A DNA stretch of 63,911 nt, filler included, from Octopus bimaculoides (taxonomy: Eukaryota), in the NCBI RefSeq assembly GCF_001194135.2. It is 7 parts of 6 records of this genome, joined end to end, with 100 filler letters (N's around TTAATTAATTAA, not from the genome) between each part and the next. Parts side by side here need not be neighbours in the genome. Positions count along the whole stretch, not along the records: positions 1 to 16,270 come from NC_068986.1; 6 more parts are not named here. One strand, written 5' to 3'. Position 1 is the stretch's first letter. The number at the start of each line of letters is the position of its first letter. The position numbers were made by a program, and so were the translations under genes. Under the pieces are notes generated by a model. That model did not search any database. It saw only the letters and a program-made list of their open reading frames with translations, and was not told the origin of the DNA. Positions 1 through 12,720 of the stretch are shown here, piece after piece.

Positions 1-330
1 AACGAGAGGGGGAAAATGATAGAGGAAGAGAAAGAGATAGAGTAGCGTCGGAAAATATAAGTTTACGAAAAACTACTTACGAATTGGAGACGCTGCGTTC
101 AGTCATGTAAAAACAAATAGTAAATGAATATATGCATATATACGTACAGGTATGTGCGTACCGACATCCACCTGTATGTATAGGTGCATATCTGGGTACA
201 GGACATTGCAACCAAAACGTAGACGAGAAAACACACAAGCCACATAGAGAACATTCTACTTCATCAGCTACCCCCGTTTTAACACCGGCGTTTCGAAGAG
301 CTGGGCAGGACGCATCGTTAAAACGGCTCA
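1..330. repeat. Dispersed repeat, paralogous to ~16690-17050
   Basis: Shared blocks are visible, e.g. gcatatctgggtaca and cttcatcagct...ttcgaagag...gggcaggacgcatcgttaaaa, plus similar GA-rich and aacttac left flanks. Family not identified. Confidence 0.7.
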
Positions 331-574
331 TATATATATATATATGCTCGTATATATGTGTGTATGTCATTATTCAGTTTATTTCAAGATTTCTTGCCAA
401 TAGAGAAACAACCGGTTTGTAACCTAGATCCAAGGTTCCATCATTTAAATTTCAAGATCAACAACAGGGTATTTTTGTATGTATGTGTGTATGCATATAT
501 ATATCTGCAGATTTGTATGTCTTATGTATGTATTCTCATGTATATAGTTACATATCTAGACATGCTCATATCTA

Positions 575-1470
575 TTCAAATGATAAACTTCTGGAAAGTT
601 TTACAGATTTTTACAGTTCTAGTGATAAATTGGATCTGTAGTCTTCGAATTCGCAATCTCCTTTCTGGTTTTGAGAAACCTAATTTTTCAAGATTGGTAT
701 TTAGGCAGTGTGTTACATATCCCAGGACCCCAATAATTACAGCTATAAACCTGAACTTGTGATGTGGATAGAGTAACTGCGGATTTCTCAGTAGTTCAAC
801 ATAGGTGTTCTCTTTTTCACTGATCTTCAGCTTTATGTTAACATCCGCTGGGCAGCTAATTTCCACAACTGTGCACAGTTTCTTTTCTCTATCCCAACTC
901 ATTATGTCAGGTCTGTTGTGCTTACATTTTATTGAGGTCTTCACGGGTACATTCCACCAGTATTCCTTTTTATTATGAGTGGCAACGGCTTCTACCATAT
1001 TGTGAGTTTTTATTTCTTTGCCCTCGGCATTATCCTTCTGACAGATTTCATTATAGAGTGTACTAGCTACAACGTCGTGTCTCATCAGTAGATAATACCG
1101 TGATGACATTTTTGGACAACTGCTTATGATGTTGGTGATATCTTCAGTGTGAATTCCACAAAGTCTGCATCGGCTGTCACATTTTATGGCTTTTCCTGCA
1201 TCTCAATCCCTTTTGTGCATCAGGTACTTAGTTGATATTTCCTGTTCCTGGATTGCAAACGCATACTCTTCAAAGTGGGAGGTAGTAATCCGGCTATTCG
1301 TCCATGATAAACTGCTTTGATGATCGATGTTACTATCATCACGAGCTTCCCAGTAACATATCCATGCATAGTCTTCTGCTCATATAGGCTCATCCTTTCA
1401 TCTTATGATATGTTGCGGTAGAGTCGTGCGACTTCTTTGGGCATGTGTTCTAGGTTATCAAACAAAGAGT
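575..1470 (-). mobile_element. 3' fragment of an R4/Dong-like (RLE-clade) non-LTR retrotransposon
   Basis: Minus strand reads AFAIQEQEISTKYL, then the zinc knuckle SRCRLCGIHTEDITNIISSCP, then MSSRYYLLMRHDVVA, then the restriction-like endonuclease motif HNRPDIMSWDREKKLCTVVEISCP...EKENTY. Bounded by (TA)/(ATGT) microsatellites. Confidence 0.85.
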
Positions 1471-1961
1471 GTTGTATATATGTATGTATGTATGTATTAT
1501 GTATGTATGTATGTATGTATGTATGTATGTATGTATGTATGTGAGTATACATATACATATATATGTATATCAAGAAAATTTTGAATTGGCCTCATAAATA
1601 GGTTCTTCATACCTCATAGCCAGTAGTTGTAAACAATATCGGAAGGTCACCAATTCACAATCCACCTAAGGCTCGGGTTTGAAAAAATACACTTTGACCT
1701 ATTTAAAGGTCAAGTATTCTCATTTCAAATTTAATCTAAAGTCGGGATGAAGTGAACTATATAGTAGATTTTATAGCCATACCAAGTTTCCAAATCACCA
1801 CTCACATGCTTTTCTCTCAAAAACTATAATAATGTAACAAAATAACATTAGCCAAGCCTACATACACTTAGTTCGCTTCGGACCACATCTATGGACAGAC
1901 CCTTAAAAAAAGTTGCATAGGCTACTAACCAGTCGAAAATAGCTGGATACAAATGCAATTA

Positions 1962-2400
1962 CTAGTTTTCTATACAGTAGAAACATACGTCGGACAAATT
2001 TAAACCAAATATGCTGTATGTACCAGAATCCAGATCTGAAGTAACATCTCGGAAATCTACTGTGGTGAGATTAGTCTCAATGGTGATCTTGAGTCCCATT
2101 GAGCCTAAAGCGCTAATTATGTCTTTTCTAAGTCTACCTAGTGTGTGCTCGTTGGCTCCTCTAGAGATGGCTAGAGTGTCATCTCTGTAGAGACCGAAGA
2201 GGACCGAAGGGAACCTCTTCCCTAAGATGTCCAGGATGTACAGTCCGATAAGATCGCAGACATCGATGCTATCATAGGCTCCCATAGTCACATCGAAGGA
2301 TCCCTCGGGGTTAGATTGCTTGACCCACATCGGATTTTTGTTGAACTGCACCGTTTTCATTGGTTGTCGGTTTTGTGAGATAAATAATGTCTCTTAGGTT
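1962..2400 (-). mobile_element. Penelope-like element reverse transcriptase fragment (A)
   Basis: WVKQ...FDVTMGAYDSIDVCDLIGLYIL...GLYRDD...LKITIETNLTTVDFRDVT matches PLE RT motifs (GLYRDD type). Confidence 0.85.
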
Positions 2401-2421
2401 TCTCAATAAGAAAAAAAAATC

Positions 2422-2620
2422 CATTGGCGTGTAACTTGAACAATAATTTTATGGCTGTAAAACATACTATCGAGCACATCCACTCAATTTGATATTGTGG
2501 ACTTTCACCCATTAATTTCTAAATCATTTTAGAAACCGATGCACATCAGACGAGAATACCCCACATTTAGCGATGTTGATACCGGAATAATATTGAGCGG
2601 TAAGAAATCACTCCTAATGT
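2422..2620 (+). mobile_element. Penelope-like element reverse transcriptase fragment (B), opposite strand, with stops
   Basis: One frame from 2422 reads HWRVT*TIILWL*NILSSTSTQFDIVDFHPLISKSF*KPMHIRREYPTFSDVDTGIILSGKKSLLM, matching the PLE consensus W.NT..VI.WF...FDIV.FYPSIS...II...RKSLL. Not in the ORF track. Confidence 0.7.
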
Positions 2621-4119
2621 GTGTGGTGGTATTTTTTTCATATATTCATATATATTATCCTTGGACGAAGCGATCCTAGTAAGTTTTACCTAATTGAAAA
2701 ATTCAGTTATTGAATTAATCCGCTGTTTCCCAGTAAATATAAACTCTAAACTATGTAATGAGTGCTTTTTTCTTTCCTTTGCAAATATAAGCATATATGT
2801 ATGTATGCATGTATGTATGTATGTGTACAAGAGCGATGAAAACCGTAGTTGAGTATTTTTAATATACTTAGAACAAAATCAAAAATTTAATAGAAATTGC
2901 GTCAACAGGAAACCATTTTCAACAAATTATTATATTACTGAAGTTTTCACGTCTGAGATTAGATGTTGAAGTGTTCTGGCAACATCCTACAGAATCAATG
3001 AGCTAGACATGGTAAAGTAGTCTCTCTTTCTTTCTCTCTCCCTCTCACTCACTCTTAACTTATTTTCCTCTCTCTCTCTCTCTCTCAACTTCTCTCTCTT
3101 TCTCTTAACTTCTTTCCTCTCAACCTCACTTTCTATTTTTTTGTCTGTCTCATTTTCTCTTCCGCCCACCTCTCTCTCTCTCTCTCTCCCCTTTTCTATC
3201 CCTCTCTCCCACCCCCTGCTCTCTCTCATTCCCCCTTCTCTTTTCCCTCTCCTCTCTCTGCCCTCTCCTCTCTCTTCCCTCTCCCCCTCCCTCTCTCTCT
3301 CTTTCTCTCATGATGTTTACAATTGGAAAAGAAAACTAACGTTCGCTTTTGAAATGATTTCTTCAAGAAACACACTTGAATTTACAACTATAAATTCCTT
3401 GTCATAAATACACATTCACATGTGCATTGGTTATATTTCTAGGGTGGTGATGAGTGTGTATGCATATAGTGTGTGTGTGTGTATGTGTGCTTAAATATGT
3501 GTTTGCATACGTGTTTGTGTGAGCATGCGTTCATACTTCTACTCATCATGTTTTGATATATTTTAATCCTGCTGCAAAGACATATATCTTTTATGATTAG
3601 TCAAATATCTGTTCCAGTTTCTGTTTTAACACAGTTGTTTCTCATTTTATGATCTTTGAATTCTGCTATCAACATTCGTTAATCTGGTAACTCTTGCATT
3701 GTACGGGTATCTTTTGTACGTTTAGTACAAATATACTTCAACAGATTAAAGGTTACTCAGCATTTAATCCGGTGATCGCAACCATTTTCTTACCAGTGGA
3801 GGCTTACAAGTACATTAAAAGGCTCTGGAGTTGCATGTTATAATAAAGAAAAGAATGAACCTTTAAATTTACAAATTCTTGGGTATGTAACTTGCATTAA
3901 ATTAACGTTTTGCTCCGAAAGCTTAAGCTATTATTTTTACCTTGTCCATTTTTAGAGCCGTCAGTGAACAATTTCAAAGTTGAATGCGGGTGGTGGCATC
4001 CTTGGTTTAATATCATTCCTGACCCTTGGATGTTTTCAACGGAGTTCACTCTGTTTCAAGCATAGTGTCCTGGTCTCCGGCCTGAAAGTAACTTTCCCAT
4101 ATACCTCTAATAATTTTGC

Positions 4120-4740
4120 ATGTTCCCACAAAAAATTATGGGTACTGCTATTCCTCCTATGGCTAAGCTATATATAAAGGGAAATTTGTTTTTGAATGTT
4201 TTTCTTTACTGTTCTTTATCAAAGCTAATGTTTGCCCGGAAGATAAAATCAATTTTTGATAAATTGTTACCTACAAAAAAAAAACCTTATAGGGAAAACC
4301 TAAGAAACACAACAAAGTATATTAATGTGGGAGATAAAGTTCATTTCAAATTATATAAGAATGGAAGAAAAGGTTGAGAGGACGGTATAGTGAGAAAAAA
4401 GAATAGGCAATATGATGTACATAAAAGGTCAAATAGGAAAGCACAAACGACATTTGAACTAGTTGAAGACTAAACATATCGAAGAAAGAGAAAAAATACC
4501 GATAGAAGTTTGTTATGACTTCTTCGATGTCCCAACGCCAACAGAGGTCGAACCTAGTAGGATCAGCAATAGAAAACGTAAACAAACAGAAGAAATAGTC
4601 CCTAAGCGGAAGAAGTATCAAAACTTCTGAGGAAATTAAAATCTCAAAAAAGGGAGAGGTGATGATGAAAAAAAGAAAATAGAATAAAATTGAATAAACA
4701 ATTTGCACTTCCTACAAAAGTCAAATCTCAAAAGGGCAGA
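4120..4740 (+). mobile_element. Degenerate Gypsy-type LTR retrotransposon 3' region (integrase C-terminus and polypurine tract)
   Basis: KLMFARKIKSIFDKLLP...VGDKVHFKLYKNGRKG resembles the post-core region of Gypsy integrases. Purine tract aaagggcaga (4731-4740) lies immediately before TGTT. Confidence 0.6.
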
Positions 4741-5110
4741 TGTTATGGCGAGAATCATAAGACCCTGCTGTGAGAATGGACTAGCCGAACTCGTATAAGT
4801 AGCAGCATGTTTGACTGAGAGCGAGAGTTGAGAAATCGCAGGAAGTCGAAAGGTATCGTTCGTGAGTTCTTGGAGTCGCAGGAAAATGCTGAGAAGTTGT
4901 TATGGTTCGTTGAGAGTTGTTTTGGATTGGTTACAGTTGTTGGCAGAGTATTTGGGAATACATCAAGTGGAGACAGCTGGTGTCTATCCTGTTCCGTGGT
5001 ACTGTATATGTCACACTGTTATTAGTGCATAACACTAAGGTGACATATACAGAAATCACGTTATAAAAGGTACATTGAGGAATATTCATTATAGTTAGCC
5101 TGCCGCAACA
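4741..5110 (+). mobile_element. Putative 3' LTR (~370 bp)
   Basis: Starts TGTT right after the purine tract and ends AACA (inverted termini). Contains a TATA-like ttataaaag. No partner LTR seen in the window. Confidence 0.55.
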
Positions 5111-5152
5111 ACATTGAGCCAATAAGTGGTATATTATTTGTTTTATTTACGG

Positions 5153-5372
5153 TTGGCGAGATGGCAGAATCCTTAGAGCTTCGGACTAAATGTCTTGCGG
5201 TATTTCTTACGTCTCTTAACGTTCTAACTTCAAATTCCGCCGCTGTCAACTCTGCTGTTTATTCCTCTGGGTCCGGTGATATACGGTACCAGTGAAGCAC
5301 TTGGATCGATGATATCTGATAATCTCCTTCCCTCAAAATTATTGGCCTTGTGCCTAAATTAGAAACCATTAT
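5153..5372 (+). mobile_element. tRNA-derived SINE, family A (degenerate)
   Basis: Head ggcgagatggcagaatc...ttcaaattccgcc and tail ggccttgtgcctaaattagaaaccattatt match the other family A copies. Confidence 0.75.
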
Positions 5373-5382
5373 TTATTTAGCA

Positions 5383-6998
5383 ACTAGTAAAGATACCCGG
5401 CGTTGCTCGTGTTACATGCAATGGAAGAATTAGACTTTTCTGTTATATTTTCTGTAATGAAATGGAATACCTATGATTCGAATTTCACCAGAATTGCAGA
5501 TTAGGGTTCTTTCCCTTTTTACACACTATAAAAAAATTCTATTCAAGACACATGTATCCTATACTACTGATCTTTATGTGCAGATGCCAAAATTCCAGTC
5601 TTTTTTAAGCTGTTAAAAGGATTTTGTTCCTGAAAAATGGAGGTCACGGGCTCTAAACTGTGGGAGTTAAGGCCCCTATTGGGGGTGGGTGTCTTAATGT
5701 GAACCAGAGAAGTTGAATTGTTGAGAATCTTTTTGACTTGGGTGTTATATCTACTGTTCGAATTTCTTTGAAATAGAAAATATATGTATGTTCACTGGGC
5801 TTGTAAAAGAGAGCAAAGCTACAGGAAACCAAAAGACAAATGATCACAATAAGCAGTCAGCTAGCCTACCCTAGTCGTTACTACTCCCCAATGTAGAATT
5901 CCTCACCATACAGGTGACAGGCACAGCCATAAGAGGCATTACCGATCTATAGCAATTGGAAGGGTGTGACCCAACTGAAACATTAACAACTGTGTGACGT
6001 GAGGGCTAAGGGGAAATGAAAGTGTCACCTCTGGAGTTTGCAACTGACCACTAATACCGATAGGTAACTGGACAGAATAAATTTCCAATCTATAAATGTC
6101 TTTGAATAACCAGTTACTCATCTGGGAAGGCCTTGAAATCAATGTTACCACCCGGGGACTATGTGTGACCCAGTGATAATAAAAAGACTCAAAGGAGGTC
6201 TGCAAGGAAAGAACTTTACTCAACACTTTGCAACTGAATCAGTGGAAGAAAGGATGCCTCTCATTTACTTGACAATTTATGCACCACATTGCAGAAATCA
6301 CAATGTAAGTATATCTCAAAGCAAACTCTTACACTGTTGTACCATTGAATTACAAATAATGCTCATCTTTTGTGCTCAGGTGACCCTACAGCTTCCAAGA
6401 GTACAACTATATTCGTCTTTGCTTAGATAAGATGACTAAATTGTGGGTGTTAAGTCCCCATGAAGAGGTCTTTCTAACTTCTAAGAAGATGAAATTTTAG
6501 AAATATTACTTCATTTGTGTCTAATATGTACGGTTAAAATTTCATCAACAGCAAAAATATGTGAATTTTCATGGGGGTTATGGCCCTTATGCATAGAATA
6601 TAATTACCAAATTTCGTAAATATCCATTCAGTACTTTTGACCTAGTTTTGGATAATAAAAAATGACTAAAATTTGAGAGTTAAGGCCCCCATTAAGGGGT
6701 CTTAGAATCCTCATGAGAAGCGGAAAGTTTGAGAATACTTCTTGATGTGTGTCAATTACCCATGGTTGAAATTTCATCAACATCGAAAATGTATGAATTT
6801 TCATGGAAGTTCTGTCCCCTTTAAGCCATCTCAAATATCATAAGGATCCATTCAGTAAATTTGGTCCATGAAATTGTTTGAAACACACAGCATTACCCTT
6901 CTCCCTAGGCTTGGATTTTGTGTTCTAGATTTCATTAGGATCGGTGCAGTAGGTTTCGAATGTACACACATAAAGACATTGACTTTTATATAATAGAT
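5383..6998 (+). mobile_element. Probable Helentron-associated non-autonomous (HINE/DINE-like) element with internal repeats
   Basis: 5' end actag...acccggcgttgctcg; 3' end acacacataaagacattgacttttatataatagat. Internal duplicated blocks: gagttaaggcccc at ~5665 and ~6680, aaatttcatcaaca...gaattttcatgg at ~6537 and ~6770. Classification is from motif resemblance only. Confidence 0.45.
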
Positions 6999-7148
6999 AT
7001 GAATATACACATATACAAACATGTATATGTGTGTGTGTGTATTATATATATATACACAAAAAAAAGATAGATCGATAGATACAACTGAGTGGGCAAAGAA
7101 AAATATGAAACACTGCCTAGTGCTTTTTTTTATTGTGATAAACCTGCT

Positions 7149-7447
7149 ACTTATTGTATCGGTTTTTCCTTGTCAAACCACTAAGTTATGGGGATGTAAG
7201 TAAACGAACAGCAGTTGTGAAGCAGTGATAGGGAGAAACACAGAGACAAAGACACACATACACTTACATACATACATACATATATATACGATTGATCTCT
7301 TTCAGTTTCTGTCTACAAAATCCACTCACAAGGCTTTGGTTGGTCTGAGGCTATAGCAGAAGACACATGCCAAGTCACCATACAATAGGACTGAAACCAG
7401 GACTATTTGTTTTAGAACCAAATTTTTACCACACAGCCACATCTGCA
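7149..7447 (-). mobile_element. tRNA-derived CORE-type SINE, family B (degenerate)
   Basis: Reverse complement of the gtgtggt...cttggcatgtgtcttctgctatagcc...gagtggattttgtagacagaaactgaaag family consensus. Confidence 0.75.
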
Positions 7448-8457
7448 CCTATGTATGTGTGTGTGCATGTGTGTGTGTATGAGTGTATATGTGTATGCAT
7501 GTCTATATGGGTATATATATGTGTACATATTACATGTACATCTACATATATGAACATCTATATATAGACATCTACACATATATATGTATACATATACATC
7601 TACATCTATATATATACATCTATACATATACAGCTATACATATATAGCTATTCATATACATCTATACATANNNNNNNNNNNNNNNNNNNNNNNNNNNNNN
7701 NNNNNNNNNNNNNNNNNNNNNNNNNNNNNNNNNNNNNNNNNNNNNNNNNNNNNNNNNNNNNNNNNNNNNNNNNNNNNNNNNNNNNNNNNNNNNNNNNNNN
7801 NNNNNNNNNNNNNNNNNNNNNNNNNNNNNNNNNNNNNNNNNNNNNNNNNNNNNNNNNNNNNNNNNNNNNNNNNNNNNNNNNNNNNNNNNNNNNNNNNNNN
7901 NNNNNNNNNNNNNNNNNNNNNNNNNNNNNNNNNNNNNNNNNNNNNNNNNNNNNNNNNNNNNNNNNNNNNNNNNNNNNNNNNNNNNNNNNNNNNNNNNNNN
8001 NNNNNNNNNNNNNNNNNNNNNNNNNNNNNNNNNNNNNNNNNNNNNNNNNNNNNNNNNNNNNNNNNNNNNNNNNNNNNNNNNNNNNNNNNNNNNNNNNNNN
8101 NNNNNNNNNNNNNNNNNNNNNNNNNNNNNNNNNNNNNNNNNNNNNNNNNNNNNNNNNNNNNNNNNNNNNNNNNNNNNNNNNNNNNNNNNNNNNNNNNNNN
8201 NNNNNNNNNNNNNNNNNNNNNNNNNNNNNNNNNNNNNNNNNNNNNNNNNNNNNNNNNNNNNNNNNNNNNNNNNNNNNNNNNNNNNNNNNNNNNNNNNNNN
8301 NNNNNNNNNNNNNNNNNNNNNNNNNNNNNNNNNNNNNNNNNNNNNNNNNNNNNNNNNNNNNNNNNNNNNNNNNNNNNNNNNNNNNNNNNNNNNNNNNNNN
8401 NNNNNNNNNNNNNNNNNNNNNNNNNNNNNNNNNNNNNNNNNNNNNNNNNNNNNNNNN

Positions 8458-8610
8458 CTCTTTCAGTTTCTGTCTACAAAATCCACTCACAAGGCTTTGG
8501 TTGGTCTGAGACTAAAGCAGAAGACACATGCCAAGTCACCACACAATGGGACTGAACCCAGGACCATATGTTTTGGAACTAAGTTTCTTACCATACAGCT
8601 ACATCTGCAC
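8458..8610 (-). mobile_element. SINE family B head; duplicate of the 7295-7447 copy
   Basis: Shares diagnostic variants and the downstream microsatellite pattern with the 7.3-kb copy. Confidence 0.75.
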
Positions 8611-9491
8611 CTATGTATGTGTGTGTGTATGTGTGTGTGTGTATGAGTGTATATATGTATGCTTGTATATATGTGTATATATATATGTGTACATATTACA
8701 TGTACATCTATATATAGACATCTACACATATACATGTATACATATATATCTATATCTATATATATACAGCTATACATATACTGCTATACATATACTGCTA
8801 TACATATACAGCTATATATATATAGATGTATATATATATACATCTATATATATATATATATATATATATATNNNNNNNNNNNNNNNNNNNNNNNNNNNNN
8901 NNNNNNNNNNNNNNNNNNNNNNNNNNNNNNNNNNNNNNNNNNNNNNNNNNNNNNNNNNNNNNNNNNNNNNNNNNNNNNNNNNNNNNNNNNNNNNNNNNNN
9001 NNNNNNNNNNNNNNNNNNNNNNNNNNNNNNNNNNNNNNNNNNNNNNNNNNNNNNNNNNNNNNNNNNNNNNNNNNNNNNNNNNNNNNNNNNNNNNNNNNNN
9101 NNNNNNNNNNNNNNNNNNNNNNNNNNNNNNNNNNNNNNNNNNNNNNNNNNNNNNNNNNNNNNNNNNNNNNNNNNNNNNNNNNNNNNNNNNNNNNNNNNNN
9201 NNNNNNNNNNNNNNNNNNNNNNNNNNNNNNNNNNNNNNNNNNNNNNNNNNNNNNNNNNNNNNNNNNNNNNNNNNNNNNNNNNNNNNNNNNNNNNNNNNNN
9301 NNNNNNNNNNNNNNNNNNNNNNNNNNNNNNNNNNNNNNNNNNNNNNNNNNNNNNNNNNNNNNNNNNNNNNNNNNNNNNNNNNNNNNNNNNNNNNNNNNTA
9401 TATATTAAACAGAACAACAAAAGTTATAATAGATGGCTGGGTCGGTACTTTTCACATATCTGTAATTTTTCAGATTAACACCCGCACGATT

Positions 9492-9645
9492 ACCCAACCC
9501 TAATCCTAAACTTAATCCTAACACTAACCCTAACACTAACCCTAAACCCTAACCCTAACCCTAACCCTGACCCTATAAAACGTAACCGTAACATTAATCC
9601 TAAACCCTAATCCTGGCCCTAAAACCCTAACCCTAACACCCTAGT
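9492..9645 (+). repeat. Degenerate interstitial (CCCTAA)n telomere-like tract
   Basis: ...ctaaccctaacactaaccctaaaccctaaccctaaccctaaccctgaccct... Confidence 0.8.
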
Positions 9646-12104
9646 GAAAATCGTGGTAAATTTACAAAACATTGACGAACATGAGTAATATTTTACTGAA
9701 TGATTGTGTACTTGCACGTGTATGCTTTTGAGAGAGCGAGAGAGGAAGAGGTAGAGAGGGGGAGAGAAAGGAATAGGGGTAGTTAAAAGTTTTCTTATGA
9801 CTGCTTCTCTTCACTGCCTATTACTTCATTAGAAATCTAAGGATGCACATAAGCACATAATAGAGAAAAATGAAACAAATATGGACGACTTGCTCCGAAA
9901 CACCACCGAGTGGGGAACACTTCTCAAAAATAACCTGCAGTTGTTTCCTTCAAAATTCCTACATGCTTGAAATGTACATACATCAAGGTNNNNNNNNNNN
10001 NNNNNNNNNNNNNNNNNNNNNNNNNNNNNNNNNNNNNNNNNNNNNNNNNNNNNNNNNNNNNNNNNNNNNNNNNNNNNNNNNNNNNNNNNNNNNNNNNNNN
10101 NNNNNNNNNNNNNNNNNNNNNNNNNNNNNNNNNNNNNNNNNNNNNNNNNNNNNNNNNNNNNNNNNNNNNNNNNNNNNNNNNNNNNNNNNNNNNNNNNNNN
10201 NNNNNNNNNNNNNNNNNNNNNNNNNNNNNNNNNNNNNNNNNNNNNNNNNNNNNNNNNNNNNNNNNNNNNNNNNNNNNNNNNNNNNNNNNNNNNNNNNNNN
10301 NNNNNNNNNNNNNNNNNNNNNNNNNNNNNNNNNNNNNNNNNNNNNNNNNNNNNNNNNNNNNNNNNNNNNNNNNNNNNNNNNNNNNNNNNNNNNNNNNNNN
10401 NNNNNNNNNNNNNNNNNNNNNNNNNNNNNNNNNNNNNNNNNNNNNNNNNNNNNNATGTTATGAAAAATAGGTAAAGAATACTGAGATGAAAGTTTAATCT
10501 ATGACGTTGTATGTATCACTTTCTCTCTCTCTCCCTCTCCCTCTTTTACTCTTACTCTCTATATTTTTATGTTGAGCGCGTGTGTAAGAATGGCGTTCCA
10601 GGTAGAAGGGATGAAATATAAAAGTTGCTAGAAACAACAGCCAAATCTCCCTTAAATCACACAAAGTAAACGGAATTTTAAAAATCTAATTACTGCACTG
10701 GAAAGTTCAGATCGAGAAAATTCCATTGATGTAAAAAATTTTACGAAAAAGTGGAAAATGTGGATTTCTATAAACTTTCAAAAAGGCTTCACACAGACAC
10801 AACTTCAGCTTTATATATTAAGATTCCCAAAATTGGTTAAGTGATGAAATCGGAAGAGCGTTTGTCTAAATTATTTTATCACCTGTCAACTTCACCAAAC
10901 CAAATATAAGATTGTTTTCGTGAGATATGCAGTGATAGTGGTTTTTGAAAGAGATTTGTCCTGCTATTTTTAACAGACTAAACAGTCATATTGGGATTCC
11001 CACGCTAACTGTTATGAACAAATTTCTTATTCTATAGTACTCGACACTGATATTTATATTCCTTTTATGACAAAGCTCGAAGTTCAGCCTTTTAAGGGAA
11101 TGAGAGGGGTGAATATAATACCGTGATGCTAATTTTTTTCTACGATTTTCGTAACTGATATGAAATTAAGTCAAACAGGAATTTTAATTCCATTGCGAAC
11201 TCGACTCGCTGGTACACCACTCCTTAGTATACAACTTTCACCTCACTAGAGCTTAATAAACATTAGCTTCTATCTTTGGCATAATATCATATATTTGAGA
11301 GTGGAGGGAACAGTCGTTATATCGACACCAGCACTTGATTGGTATATAATGTATCGACGTCAGAAGGCAAAATCCGACCAAGAGTGACTGAAAGAATGTA
11401 AAAAATACATTACAAAAACACTGGAAAGGAGTTTGATGCTCTACCCACTCTACGGCACCATACTGTTTGGCTACTGAATTTGTCTAGTCCTTATTGAGAT
11501 ATGCCGAAACATGTTAGTGTCCATCACGGATATCATTGATCATTAGTAATCCGATTACTTCTCAAATAAGGGAGTTCGATCTCAATATTTGAAACCTCCA
11601 AACATATATATATATATTGTACCTTTCCGTAATTGGTAGGGCCAACAAAAATGTGCTTCATTTATTTTGAGCCTGAAAGATTGCAAGATAGTACACGGCA
11701 CACAATGCAATATTGTATTATGGGAGCATGGAACTTTTAGTGGTTTACACTAAAATCTTGTGTTTATTAAATTATATGTGTGTGTGTGTGTGTGTAATTT
11801 AGTTAGTATATGTACAAAGAAGGCAAATTTAACTACTTTTCGTAGATTGAAAAAAAATGAATAATGAACAACCTTAATCGATTTTCGAACCTTATTGAGT
11901 TCTCAGTAGAGGATGTCTACACGCTTGACCATTCCCAGACAAATAAGTGACCAATCTGTTTATATACTCAACAAATCGAGTAGCTTCAGTGAACTAGAGT
12001 TACTAATTTGCTTACTATAAGTATTTAACAATTCATTTAATAGCGGCCCGTCAACAGGGATTTCACTCCACACAGTATCAAGGTATGATATGATATATAA
12101 CTTG

Positions 12105-12460
<356 letters not shown>

Positions 12461-12501
12461 CATGCTTCTTTCTGCATCTAATTTAAGATGAATAATCTAT
12501 A

Positions 12502-12720
12502 CAGTAATCCTTCGTCTATCGCGGTTATTTCGTTCCAAAACCCCCTGCGATTGGTGGAAATCCACAAAGTAGAAACAGTATTGTACTTTATTTTTAAAAA
12601 ATTTTTATAATTTGTATATATTTATTTTATCATAAATGCAAAACAACACCGCGAAGGAATCGATGTAAACTTAAATGATAAACTGCGATAGGTGAACCGC
12701 GATATGGCGAGCGATTAGTG
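12502..12720. mobile_element. Tc1/pogo-type MITE with TA target duplication
   Basis: TA|cagtaatccttcgtctatcgcggtt ... aaccgcgatatggcgagcgattagtg|TA: imperfect ~25-bp terminal inverted repeats. Confidence 0.8.

Noticed and set aside
250-305. Possible type-II hammerhead (GAAAC...CTGATGA on the minus strand, also ~16975-17015)
   Set aside because: The cleavage position would be G and the stems do not pair consistently in both copies.
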